Positions 29,001 to 37,736 of a DNA stretch of 64,000 nucleotides are shown piece by piece. The DNA comes from Amphiscolops sp. MND2022 (Eukaryota), in NCBI GenBank assembly GCA_964187785.1, contig OZ076409.1:42718001-42782000 (forward strand), read 5' to 3'. The position numbers and the translations under genes are program-made. How positions within the stretch are numbered: position 1 is the stretch's first letter; each line of letters begins with the position of its first letter. The notes under the pieces were generated by a model that saw only the letters and a program-made list of their open reading frames with translations, did not search any database and was not told the origin of the DNA.

Positions 29001-31961
29001 TTTCCTTCCAATATGAAATATGGGCGGAAAATAAAGAAACACTGACAAAAAACCATTACTATGGTCGGTTTTTCTCAAGAAAAGCGGCGAATAAAAACGA
29101 CCAAAAACAAAAGACNNNNNNNNNNNNNNNNNNNNNNNNNNNNNNNNNNNNNNNNNNNNNNNNNNNNNNNNNNNNNNNNNNNNNNNNNNNNNNNNNNNNN
29201 NNNNNNNNNNNNNNNNNNNNNNNNNNNNNNNNNNNNNNNNNNNNNNNNNNNNNNNNNNNNNNNNNNNNNNNNNNNNNNNNNNNNNNNNNNNNNNNNNNNN
29301 NNNNNNNNNNNNNNNTGTGAGGACGTTGTGAGACGTTGTGAGATAAATATATAATGACACATATAAATACATATATAGGTATATACAATATATATAATTA
29401 TACATATAAAATAAAAGGTAAACATGCTTCATCGTCCTCTGTAAATACGTTTAAGAAAAACGTGGATGAAAAATTGAATTTTGTTTACATTTATGGCAAC
29501 AAAAAAGGAATCAAGGCCTTATGTATTTGTGTTATGAGAGTCGGGTCATTTGGATCTAATGCTTTCGCTGAATCATATATAGCTGCTACAATGTGATTCT
29601 TTAATCGAAATTATATCGAAACATAGGATATAAAGCTAGTTCAAAATTGATTTGCTGGATGGAGATTCTATTGTTGATTATCGATGTCGAGGATTCCAGA
29701 TGCCCGAAGCATCCTATCTAGATACATTCTGCAGCTCTTCCTAGATGGGTTATAAGTGAAAATAGCACCTATGAAGATGGATTGGATCGGTTTCCAGGTT
29801 TTTCATGAAGTTTAGAATGGTTTCATCAAATGCCAACACCTCAATGAAAATAGCACTGTTTATTGATAGTATTGTAATTGAATGTCTTCAATACTTTAAG
29901 GTATCGACGATATGGTTCGACATCCTTGCTGTTTGTTTTTGTTTTTCTCATGAATTGATTCAACTGATTCATTGTTGTACGCATGTTCAGATCATTTTTG
30001 ACCTCACATCCATTGAAACTCCCCACGGTGTGTGCTAAACATTCTTCATATCCATTTCTGGTTTTTCATGGAATTTGTTGTAAAAGAGTTTCACTGTAAG
30101 GTGAGCCCCATTGAAGAAAAACCGTGCGAGAGCGCAGCTTTTTTGAAGTCCTTTTGAGTTTTCTTTTTCTGGTCCCGAAGAACTCTTATTTCTATTTGAG
30201 TGTACTGATCTGTGGACATTACGGATGAAATCAGAAATTGTTTTTGTTTCCTTCATTCATCGTGATCTTTATTATATATTTTTTATTTCTTGGACTACAT
30301 GATGTCTGTATTTATCTCAGTTCCCAAATTTCATTTAATGAAGAAGTCCATCTTTTGTTCCGGTAGAATTTTGAAGAATTACATATTTTTTTGTTGGAAA
30401 ACAAACTTCGCAAACATCTCTTCGAAATCCAATACGAATTTGAAAGCTTTTGTCGGGGGCTTCTGGTAAAAATTTGTTGTGTTTTTCTTAACATCTTTCA
30501 ACTATTTCGCATACCTTTCAAATTCTTTCGAAAATCTCAATCGCCGCATATTACTAGTCCCTCTAGTTTTTTATTTTTGCAACAAGTATAAACATCAGCA
30601 AGAAAAACCATGGTGTTTACAATATTCTCTATGTTATCCAGATGAACACTTTTTGGACCCCTGCAGAAAGTTTCACGGAGTTTTTGTAATTTCGATGAAG
30701 CAACAATCTACTCCTTTCCAAGGAGTTATTTTCACCCCAATAGAACAAATCTCTTTATGTATTCGTAAGGGACAGTCATGTTTATCGAAAGGCGTTTGAG
30801 ACAAAATGTAGTAGTTAAAATTGAGAATACTTTTCTAACTTTTAAAATTGCAATTAAATCTACGTTTTTGTCATTTCTATAATTCTCCAACTCGATACAT
30901 GAGTGAGGGAATAATTCAGGTATAATCTTTGTCAAAACTAGAAGAAACTTTTAGCTCATTTAGAATTATTGTTGTTTAGTATGATATACATTTCTTAGTA
31001 GACTTCACATTTTCTGTCACATGCTGCACTTGACACAGTGAATTTCCGTTGATGGAATACAGTCCTTTGTATGTTCATTTTTTTGCTGCCACTCAAATTC
31101 TTTATGTCTGGCTGTTGGGTGTTCGCAGCCACAGATAGCACACGACTTTTGTTTTTTAGTCGGCGTTTTCGAAGAAAATCCCGACTCTTACAGTGGCTAG
31201 TTTTTTTTTTTTCGTCAGTTCAACGCGTACGTCCACTTTTTGTGCATTAATCCAATTAATGCACATTTACCAACTTTTACCATATGTACTTAGTACTTCA
31301 TTTTCAACGCATCCAAAGCGTCAAACATGAGGTAAAAAGCGTCCCCCCTTTTACATTTTTCGGCACTATGCGACTTACCGGAAACTTCGAAAAAAAAATT
31401 CAAAAAAATTTTTTTTCTCAATTTTTAGTTTTTTGAGAGCTTTTGTTGTTTTTTCTTAAAAGGGTCCCCAATTCACTAATACTTTGACATTTTGAGGTCC
31501 TTCTGCTATTTTTGAGCCTTAGATATGGCGCCGACTTGGGCCGTTCCCGGCTTGTTTTTTAAATACCTTGGTTATATGATTTCCCAACTGTTGGCAGCTA
31601 AAACACTGAATAACGCTTTTAGTGAGACGTTTTGAGTCCATCTTGGGGACAAATTTTGCAGTGATATTGTTTTGGAGATACTCACTGGATCTGCCGTCGT
31701 ATTAAAAGGTAACTCCAATACTGTTATGGCCCTTCAACCTTTAAACCTTTGAGGTATCGTTTCACATGGAATTGTGTGCCAGTTGTGTACAGTGTGTTTG
31801 GTCGAAGGGATATTTACGGTTTTTATTTTGTGTACAAGTTCGCACATTAATTCTGTTTGCCCTTCTAGAACTTCCATATCACACTGCTGGCGAACATCTG
31901 CAATGCCGTATTTTCTTTGCATTCTTCTATCTGCCCCCACTGTGTCAACTTCAGTTGATCT
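1788..31961 (-). CDS. Adhesion GPCR-like (class B2) multi-exon gene; 14 chained exons, >=2128 aa, 5' end not found
   Basis: Hand-built chain with canonical AG acceptors, GT donors (one GC) and matching phases throughout (total 6387 nt, divisible by 3). Shows a GPS motif, TM1 SYVG, TM5 PPxxIQLVN, a helix-8-like segment and a Ser-rich tail. No start codon or signal peptide identified. Confidence 0.8.
2411..3040 (+). repeat. Helentron-like family H2 copy
   Basis: Subterminal inverted pair AGTCGGCGC / GCGCCGACT, then GGGCCG[G/T]TCCCGG and CTTGT. The same end occurs at 1-35, about 10717 (-), about 17304 (-) and 31555. Confidence 0.55.
3205..6198 (+). repeat. Non-autonomous Helentron-like element, family H1 copy
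   Basis: Head shared with the other H1 copies (ttttccg[c/t]cc...gaattcaact); 3' end with a hairpin (gctg..cagc) followed by CTTG. Confidence 0.5.
6610..6882 (-). CDS. aGPCR exon, TM6-TM7 and helix 8
   Basis: Acceptor ttttctcag, donor gttagt; hydrophobic GLFILCFYSQFLL... and FYLHLGSAAATAFLSFFAAYFLMF followed by SSEIQDAY. Confidence 0.85.
7524..7805 (-). CDS. aGPCR exon, TM4-ECL2-TM5
   Basis: Acceptor tttttttcag, donor gtaact; ECL2 Cys (FYSCFPDF) and TM5 VLSPPIGIQLVNCAM. Confidence 0.8.
8181..8338 (-). CDS. aGPCR exon, TM3 to start of TM4
   Basis: Acceptor ttttcag, donor gtaagt. The phase-compatible frame reads CHLSQIFTIFGIGVSMGSVNNILL...VYFVYFFNLLGLP, which is not the ORF-track frame. Confidence 0.8.
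8789..8985 (-). CDS. aGPCR exon, TM1-TM2
   Basis: Acceptor ttttgtag, donor gtcagt; VSYVGFVIATIVTSTCFSIILFY resembles the aGPCR TM1 ISYVG motif. Confidence 0.85.
9061..9934. mobile_element. Possible MITE-like remnant
   Basis: 20-bp inverted pair CTTGGAATACTTGGCAAGAT (9061-80) and ATCTTGCCGAGTATTCCAAG (9915-34), 1 mismatch; internal gggatct motifs; no TSD seen. Confidence 0.35.
10110..10297 (-). CDS. aGPCR exon with GPS motif and Stachel-like peptide
   Basis: CVYWDVQSGRFVSENN...SACKFVHTTTFAVV; acceptor ttacag, donor gtcagt. Confidence 0.85.
10717..11090 (-). repeat. H2 copy
   Basis: Reverse complement of the H2 3' end and of the internal gggggaccttttg blocks. Confidence 0.55.
11115..13528 (+). 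repeat. Helentron-like family H1 copy
   Basis: Head ATTTTCCGCCC at 11122; tail GGGGCGGAA + CGCTGCTCAGCG hairpin + CTTG. Internal about 180-bp subrepeats. Confidence 0.55.
14190..14474 (-). CDS. aGPCR exon, probable GAIN region
   Basis: Acceptor ttccag, donor gtaggc; symmetric phase 1-1, open frame. Confidence 0.7.
14667..14861 (-). CDS. aGPCR exon, probable GAIN region
   Basis: Acceptor ctgaag, donor gtaaga; phase 1-1. Confidence 0.7.
15867..15931 (-). CDS. aGPCR small exon (WIEGQIIGALPWRLLVDSVFM)
   Basis: Acceptor gtcag, donor gtaaga; its phase-1 end matches the next exon. Confidence 0.5.
16810..17345 (-). repeat. H2 fragments
   Basis: Internal blocks homologous to 31200-31440, plus a 3' end at 17304-17345. 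Confidence 0.5.
17404..17508. repeat. 22-bp tandem repeat, about 5 copies
   Basis: AACGTTATATCCGAACTTTGAA units. Confidence 0.85.
17640..17850. repeat. Tandem degenerate palindromes related to the H2 head
   Basis: About four copies of actg(t)aa..agtcggg...(c)gact. Confidence 0.6.
18760..18871 (-). CDS. Candidate aGPCR exon (CFIKVCYSLESGNLIFQ...WPE)
   Basis: Acceptor atttcag, weak donor gttaca. Chosen because it bridges phase 1 to phase 2. Confidence 0.35.
19027..21487 (-). mobile_element. MULE/Mutator DNA transposon with array-type TIRs and 8-bp TSD
   Basis: Termini GGTTACATGTCATTTCGTCCTATGCAATTTCAACC and the inverted match ending ...GACGAAATGTCCTGACACC. About 15-bp TGCAATTTCAACC arrays at 19043-19172 and inverted at 21342-21466. 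TSD ATCATTCT at 19019-19026 and 21488-21495. Confidence 0.92.
19830..21123 (-). pseudogene. MULE transposase (FLYWCH plus DDE), frameshifted and apparently internally deleted
   Basis: ATG at 21123, frameshift near 21045 inside FLYWCH (HWRC...C...HTH). IDGTFK, ADFE, CCYFH and NSVEGWH motifs are present. After the stop at 19931 a short C-terminal tail (...HLRAVASFR*) resumes, suggesting a deletion. Confidence 0.88.
21535..21725 (-). CDS. aGPCR exon, helical segment (possible GAIN subdomain A)
   Basis: Acceptor gttacag at phase 2; the donor would be non-canonical GC (CAG|gcaagc). Confidence 0.65.
22037..25806 (-). CDS. Giant 3770-bp ectodomain exon (about 1256 aa)
   Basis: Lies within the 1274-aa ORF; acceptor tttacag at 25807-08, donor gtaggg at 22035-36. 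Cys-spaced beta-rich modules and a Thr-rich stalk; both ends are phase-consistent. Confidence 0.85.
25935..26172 (+). repeat. Short internally deleted H1 copy
   Basis: Head ATTTTCCGCCC at 25941 followed about 200 bp later by tail GGGGCGGAAAAT-CCCGCTGGTCCGCGGG-CGTCTT. Confidence 0.5.
26373..26557 (-). CDS. aGPCR N-terminal ectodomain exon
   Basis: Acceptor ttttcaag, donor gtccgc; joins QEMK|LPFDP in phase 0. Confidence 0.65.
26613..29035 (-). repeat. H1 copy containing about six degenerate 180-bp tandem units
   Basis: Reverse-complement homolog of 11115-13528. Anchor ACTGGACA recurs near 27835, 28173, 28357, 28542 and 28719. Confidence 0.6.
29316..31150 (-). pseudogene. Heavily decayed possible MULE-like transposase
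   Basis: Fragments FFFNGAH..., VLAFDETILNFM...HRCYFHL and a Cys-rich piece CAICGCEH...HCVKC; many stops. Confidence 0.3.
31157..31555 (+). repeat. H2 copy
   Basis: TAGTCGGCG head and GGCGCCGACTTGGGCCGTTCCCGGCTTGT tail. Confidence 0.6.
31739..31961 (-). CDS. Candidate upstream aGPCR exon (Ig-like CDMEVLEGQTELMCEL)
   Basis: Acceptor ttttag, donor gttgaa; phase 1 matches the 26557 exon. Confidence 0.45.
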
Positions 31962-32944
31962 CTAAAAGTTACTAGTGCTTCTTCTCATCGGCACATCATC
32001 AAATATTGTCTATTCAGTAAATTTATCACAATAATTGAACTGAATTCAATTTGTCAATCGATATTTCGCGTGCAAATGATCCGTTGTTTGCAATGATTAA
32101 TAGATCAACCAATAAATGCAATCATTATTAAAAATTATTATTGGTTGTTGTCTTTTGCAACAACCAATCAATTGAATTGTGAAATTGGTTTAATTGATTC
32201 CTCGAATATGTTATCAGGTTTGAAATGATCACTGACAGCAAAGATTTGAAGTCCTCTGCAAAACGTTTTTTTTTCGTTTGAAAACAACGTTTACAAAACC
32301 AAAGGGGGAAATGTTAAAGCTAAAAAAGAGCACTGGTTGGTGGAACCTAATGAATCACAGCCGGACAGAGCCTGAACAAAGACAACGGGCGCACACAAAA
32401 CATCGAAGTTGCTGTGCTAGCATTCTCACTAATGATTGACAAAACATTTCCAAGTGCAAAAGAGCAATTCGAAGTCCGGCATTGGACCTTCACCCAATAA
32501 GGGAATCGTTTGAGATTGTGGTAACTCTTCAAGCAGATAATTGTGAAACAATTGGGGCGCTCGCTGAAAAAGCAGTTTGTTCCATTGATTGAATGTAATT
32601 CTCACTGTCATGCCGGACGGCATGATGGATTTTAACGACGACACTTCCCAGTTGCCAAGGACTTTAAATTCAGTGCAACACAAACTGGCATCTCACAATT
32701 CAAATTAACGAAAAAGAACGACCGGCCTATCCAGTCGTCAATTTACCTAACACTTTGCATGCAGTTCAACATATATTACAGGATAAACAAAGCATCGATT
32801 AGTTTTTGTGAGGCTCATTTCCCATTTATTAGCGGTAACCATCGAATCATTTTTTATCCATTAGCAGTAACAATCGAATCATTTTTATTTAGTATCAGTA
32901 ACTATCAATATATATTGCGTCGATTCATACATTCATACACTAGG

Positions 32945-33464
32945 AAAATCCCACATTAACAACCAAAAAATTTAGTGGTCATCAACATTTGGTGCATCGA
33001 TTTATATTAAATGAAAGTTGTGTAGCCATATTCACCACCATAACCTTTAATCGTAAAAATAGTCGAAGCTAAATAGTGAAAAGATTAGTAATATGATAAC
33101 AGGTGCGAAAGTGCTGAAGATTAGTGACAACCAAAGTATCCAGTCGTCTAATGCACCTTGAAGTGATATTTGCTGGCTTAACCAGTATTACAAAATATGT
33201 AGACTCACTCAATTAAGCTAACGCATGACAGAAGATCAGAAAGGTGCTACTACGAAATAGAATACAACCAGTTGACCATTCGCTACCGTGATATTCAGAA
33301 GTTACTGTCTAAACTTGTCATAAGATTCTAGCCTAGCATTCAACTTAGTAAAATTACATTTCTGCATTCGAACCTTGGTTCAGTCCAAACTAAAACAAAT
33401 CTCATCTCCAAAAATGGTAAATACTAGATCACAAGTTCATAGAGAGAATCGAACCGAACAGTCA
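32945..33464 (+). repeat. Partial Gypsy-A LTR with gag start MVNTRSQ (ATG at 33414), running into the gap
   Basis: Homologous to 50615-50774 joined to 59210-59580, and carries a single uninterrupted GGTGC at 33102-06. Confidence 0.8.
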
Positions 33465-34330
33465 NNNNNNNNNNNNNNNNNNNNNNNNNNNNNNNNNNNN
33501 NNNNNNNNNNNNNNNNNNNNNNNNNNNNNNNNNNNNNNNNNNNNNNNNNNNNNNNNNNNNNNNNNNNNNNNNNNNNNNNNNNNNNNNNNNNNNNNNNNNN
33601 NNNNNNNNNNNNNNNNNNNNNNNNNNNNNNNNNNNNNNNNNNNNNNNNNNNNNNNNNNNNNNNNNNNNNNNNNNNNNNNNNNNNNNNNNNNNNNNNNNNN
33701 NNNNNNNNNNNNNNNNNTCAAAATTTCAGACAATATTAGGCACTCTGACCCCTTTTTGTGATTATACAGAAACGCTTTGAATTTTTTGCCCTTCTGGAGT
33801 CTCCCAAAAGATAGAAAGTGGAATGTTGAGCACGCCTTAGTTTGGTGGAAACGTCAAGAATTTTATGCCGGTGGGCTGGAGTCCTATTATTGCAGGAATT
33901 AGAAAATCTAGAAATTTTATTTTGTTCATGTCAAAATGAGAATATAGATGCTTTTTGATACTAACATGAGTGACAATTACGGGTTCAGAGGCGTTTAATT
34001 AGAATTCAACTTTTGATACCTTTCAAGTTTTTTTAAACCTTCTTATGATTATTTTCTTCCAGTCTCACCGTATTTCTAACTGATAAAATGTTTTCAACGA
34101 CTACTGTAAAGGTCCATTGATGTGCATATAGAGACGTTTCATACTTTCAAGGAAGACTATCAGATAACCTTCAACCCACTTTGGTAAATAGAGACGTTCT
34201 GGTTAAAACTCAAGTTACATATCAAGGTAACATATCATGAACTCAAAGCATTCAAACAACAAGTACTGGCTAAGTTGCCAAAAGAAACAAAGTAACAGGG
34301 ATAAATACAATGTCACAAACTCAAATCAAA

Positions 34331-36472
34331 TCAGTTTTTCGTGTTTTTCATTACATTTGAAAGCTTTTTAGTAGCCTTATCAAGTACCTTCTCACGATCA
34401 GCATTACTGAGCTTCATCAGCTTGCACAGGTCTCTGAGTTGGCCCCGACCTGTGTAGAACTGAGCAGCAACAACTTTGGTAAACAGTTCCTCGAGAAATG
34501 GTTGCAGGGGATCTGCAGGTCCTTTGAATTTCATCAGTTTTTCACATATAGCTTCCCATTTTGTCGCATCGTTTTCTCTAGTTTTCAATGGTCTTTCTGT
34601 TTCCCATTTGACCTTTACCCCTGGATCGGGCTTATAATCTTCATCGTCTTGGTCGCTAGGGATTGGTGTTGGAGCATCATCTTCACACATGTCATCCTCG
34701 TCAATCACCAATGAGTTGTTGTTGGCGTCTTCATTGTCAGGTGTCAGAGCGCCTCCGTCGACGTTTTCTTCCTGTGTATCACCAACGTTTCCCGTGTCCA
34801 TAGTTTCTTCTTCACTTTCGTGCTGTTCAGGATTGTCCTCTTGCTCAACTGGTGGTGGGGGCGGGGGATCGTCTTCGGCCACGTAGCAGCTTTCGGGGTC
34901 ATCAATTATCTTCAATTGCTCATCTAAGAAGCTTTCAATTTCATTATCGGTCGCCGGTTTCAGGTAGTATTTTCGACGTGTAGCCTCACAATGGCCAGTG
35001 TTCATCTGGTATAGCAGGGCATTTTGACCTGTGACAAACTGAGACTTCTCGAAGAAGGTATCCCATGCTTTTCGAACATTGTCGGGGTTATACAGCTTGT
35101 CGTCAATTCGAAAGTATTTGTATATGGCCTCCTTGAAATATTTGCCTTGGCAGGTGAACTTCTTGTTGGTGTTGGACGGAAAAGCGAGCTTAGGCGTCAG
35201 ACCATTGTTTTCTTCCTGGAAGTATTGATGAAGGTCATCTACCCATTTTCTATTCTCTTTTGTTATCCGTATGAAATTGGGAAACTTCGCCCCAGTTTTG
35301 TGCTCGAATGAAGTCATAACCTTCTTCTCTTGCATGACTTTATAGTCCTCAAAGGTCAAGTTCAGCAATGCACCGATTCTGCAGTTCGATTCTGAATGGA
35401 TTACAAACACCAAAAGGCATAAATATTCGAGGTAAGTGAACGAGCTGTAGACGTTCTGACCCAGCATTTCTTTAACCATTTGACGAAGATGGCTAACTTG
35501 GTACAAATTTGGCACCGAATCGAACCTGGCTTGCATACGCCGATTAAACTCATTCGAAGCCTCCTTTGCAGTCTTTTTCAGCAGGTTTCTGACCTCTCCT
35601 TTGAACAAAGCCATGTTGAATCTCAATTCTTTTTGTTTGTAGGAGTTGCAAAACTCGAGAAAACGATTGAATTCAAACATTAATTTCCGCATTGTTTGGA
35701 ACGTGTAGTTTTTTTCTGACTTGATTCGATAAAATGTTGACTTGACAGCCTCGGGTTTCCTCAAAAAGGACGTTCCACTAAGAATTTGAGCCAAAAAAGT
35801 CTTCTGGAAGCGGGTCATGTTTTCATCACCGGCCTCGTTCCGGTTCTCATCATACTCGTCGAGCAGTTTATGGTGGTTGAAAGTTTTTCCCCGTATACCA
35901 GGAATGTCAAAGCGGAAGTGTGAGGGGAATTCGTTCATAGATTTGGGGTTTACTTTGATAATTTCATGCTTTCTGCAAATTTTTTTGTGTTTCTTCTTTC
36001 CAGTGAACCTTATGAAGCAGCCGTTGCATTGGTACACTGTAGACACACAAATCCTTGTAGCATAAAAAGATAGCAAGAATTTTCGTTGTTGGGTTGTGAG
36101 ATTATGGCTCTTGGAGAAATGCTGTCTCAGATTCGCCACTTTTGTAAGGCAAAGTACACACTGTTTTACCCGTGGTTGTTTGGGCCGTTTGCCTTGCAAT
36201 TGGTTTCGCTGCAATTGTCTGCCTCGGCGCGTCGTTGTTTGTGGCTCATTTGAATTACTTGGTTCCCTTGGTTCAGAAACTATCTCATTGGGCGACTGAG
36301 CTTGCGTAGGCATATCAGAATCATCCAAAATTCGGCTTGAACATGCGTTGACTGACTCCATGATATCCATACAAGTTCTGTTCACAAGAGCGTTTGTACT
36401 CGGAGAATACGCCAATCCGGCAATTTCTGTGAGGTTGGAAATACAATCGAAGGACGTATCAGCTTGTGACAT
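34331..36472 (-). CDS. Intact zinc-finger tyrosine recombinase (YR1), 713 aa from the likely ATG
   Basis: C2H2 CVLC..H..H and CNGC..H..C fingers, a core-binding-like region, then R376 (NCRIG), K403 (HKTG), R478 (DNVRK), H505 (TGH) and Y514 (ORF-track numbering). Acidic linker and helical C-terminus; ACC-ATG context. Confidence 0.85.
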   Translation of the reverse strand: MSQADTSFDCISNLTEIAGLAYSPSTNALVNRTCMDIMESVNACSSRILDDSDMPTQAQSPNEIVSEPREPSNSNEPQTTTRRGRQLQRNQLQGKRPKQPRVKQCVLCLTKVANLRQHFSKSHNLTTQQRKFLLSFYATRICVSTVYQCNGCFIRFTGKKKHKKICRKHEIIKVNPKSMNEFPSHFRFDIPGIRGKTFNHHKLLDEYDENRNEAGDENMTRFQKTFLAQILSGTSFLRKPEAVKSTFYRIKSEKNYTFQTMRKLMFEFNRFLEFCNSYKQKELRFNMALFKGEVRNLLKKTAKEASNEFNRRMQARFDSVPNLYQVSHLRQMVKEMLGQNVYSSFTYLEYLCLLVFVIHSESNCRIGALLNLTFEDYKVMQEKKVMTSFEHKTGAKFPNFIRITKENRKWVDDLHQYFQEENNGLTPKLAFPSNTNKKFTCQGKYFKEAIYKYFRIDDKLYNPDNVRKAWDTFFEKSQFVTGQNALLYQMNTGHCEATRRKYYLKPATDNEIESFLDEQLKIIDDPESCYVAEDDPPPPPPVEQEDNPEQHESEEETMDTGNVGDTQEENVDGGALTPDNEDANNNSLVIDEDDMCEDDAPTPIPSDQDDEDYKPDPGVKVKWETERPLKTRENDATKWEAICEKLMKFKGPADPLQPFLEELFTKVVAAQFYTGRGQLRDLCKLMKLSNADREKVLDKATKKLSNVMKNTKN

Positions 36473-36659
36473 GGTGTCTGAAAATACAAGATTCTGAAAT
36501 TTCACATGAAATTAGATAAAAGGTGCAAATAGTTGACAGCGCGTCTCTGCCGTGTTTACTTTCAAATCACATTCACTTTGACAACGATTATATGACCGCT
36601 TATTATGCGAGAGTGCGTACAAATTACCTGCAGCGATGAGAAAAGTAAGCTTGAGCGAT

Positions 36660-36716
36660 TCTGATTGGTTCTTACGCTAATAAAATAAGAATTTAAGTCA
36701 CGTGATATTACGTCAG
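36660..36716 (-). promoter_or_regulatory. Possible YR1 promoter elements (CCAAT, CACGTG E-box, TGACGT)
   Basis: Motifs clustered about 190-240 bp upstream of the ATG; motif match only. Confidence 0.3.
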
Positions 36717-37001
36717 CAAGCATATTCTTATCTTCCCTACTGTTGAAACGTCTCTATATTCACTCAAAACAGTTGAAGCGAGTCTATATTCTAAAAAAGA
36801 TTTTTTTAAACCGTGAATGAATCGAACTGAAAACTATGCCGAAAAGTTTTATATTGCTTCGCGATTCAATAACGAATATCGAAAAAATTGTACCATTTGA
36901 AAAAAAAAAAATTTCTAAAATACTTTCCAACCCCCGACTAAAATTGCCAGAGAGACTGTCTGACCCCCCTTTTGGAGTTTCCTGGGTGCTGGAGCGTATC
37001 T

Positions 37002-37023
37002 GATCATCATGATGATGATGATA

Positions 37024-37093
<70 letters not shown>
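37002..37093. repeat. (GAT)n microsatellite, about 28 units
   Basis: Read directly from the sequence. Confidence 0.98.
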
Positions 37094-37736
37094 CCATTAT
37101 AGACGCTGTGTATCGGCCCTCGATCGTTAGAGATTGTATGTACAGGATCCCCATTTTCAGGTGCTTTTCCCTGGATTAGTTCCAAAAAATACCAAAGGAT
37201 TATCGTCTCTTATGTTCGCCTATTCTAGTCAATTTAATTCTTGACCCACAGACGGAATCTGACGTTGCTACGACGAGTTTTAGGAGAAATTTGAGAGCCG
37301 TTTAAAAAACGGAGTAATCAGCTTGAAAATGTAAAAAATGGAGACTCGGCGTACAAAATTTGTGAAAATGTAGTACTCTGTGTACAGCAAAATGAAAATC
37401 GGAGACTTCAAGTACAGTGCAAAAGTTGGTTGTATCAATAGTCCAACCATGGATTTAAAGTTAGCCTAGGGAACGTATTCGCCACGTACAATGTCAGTTC
37501 CGAGATACTTTTCATTTAGAAACGATTAAGGTTTTGAGTAAAAAAAATCGAGACGCTGTGTACACGCTTAGAAAATCAGAGATACTGTGTTTAGCTCAAA
37601 AAAAAAGAACAAAATGGCCTAGTTTTTTAAATTATATCAAGAAATACGAATACTTGAACATTGAAATGAATACAAAACAGTTCCGTATGAATGAATCAAA
37701 GTTGGAAACAAGTTTTGGTTGGGCGGAACAAATGTT

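Noticed and set aside
32429-32683. Further upstream GPCR exon
   Set aside because: It looks coding-like, but I could not find a convincing phase-compatible donor; left unassigned.
28934-33761. ORFs containing X runs
   Set aside because: Artefacts of reading through the N gaps at 29116-29315 and 33465-33717.
36784-37185. Poly-His / poly-Ile ORFs, and the poly-Asp / poly-Ser starts at 39910-40292
   Set aside because: Translations of the (GAT)n microsatellites.
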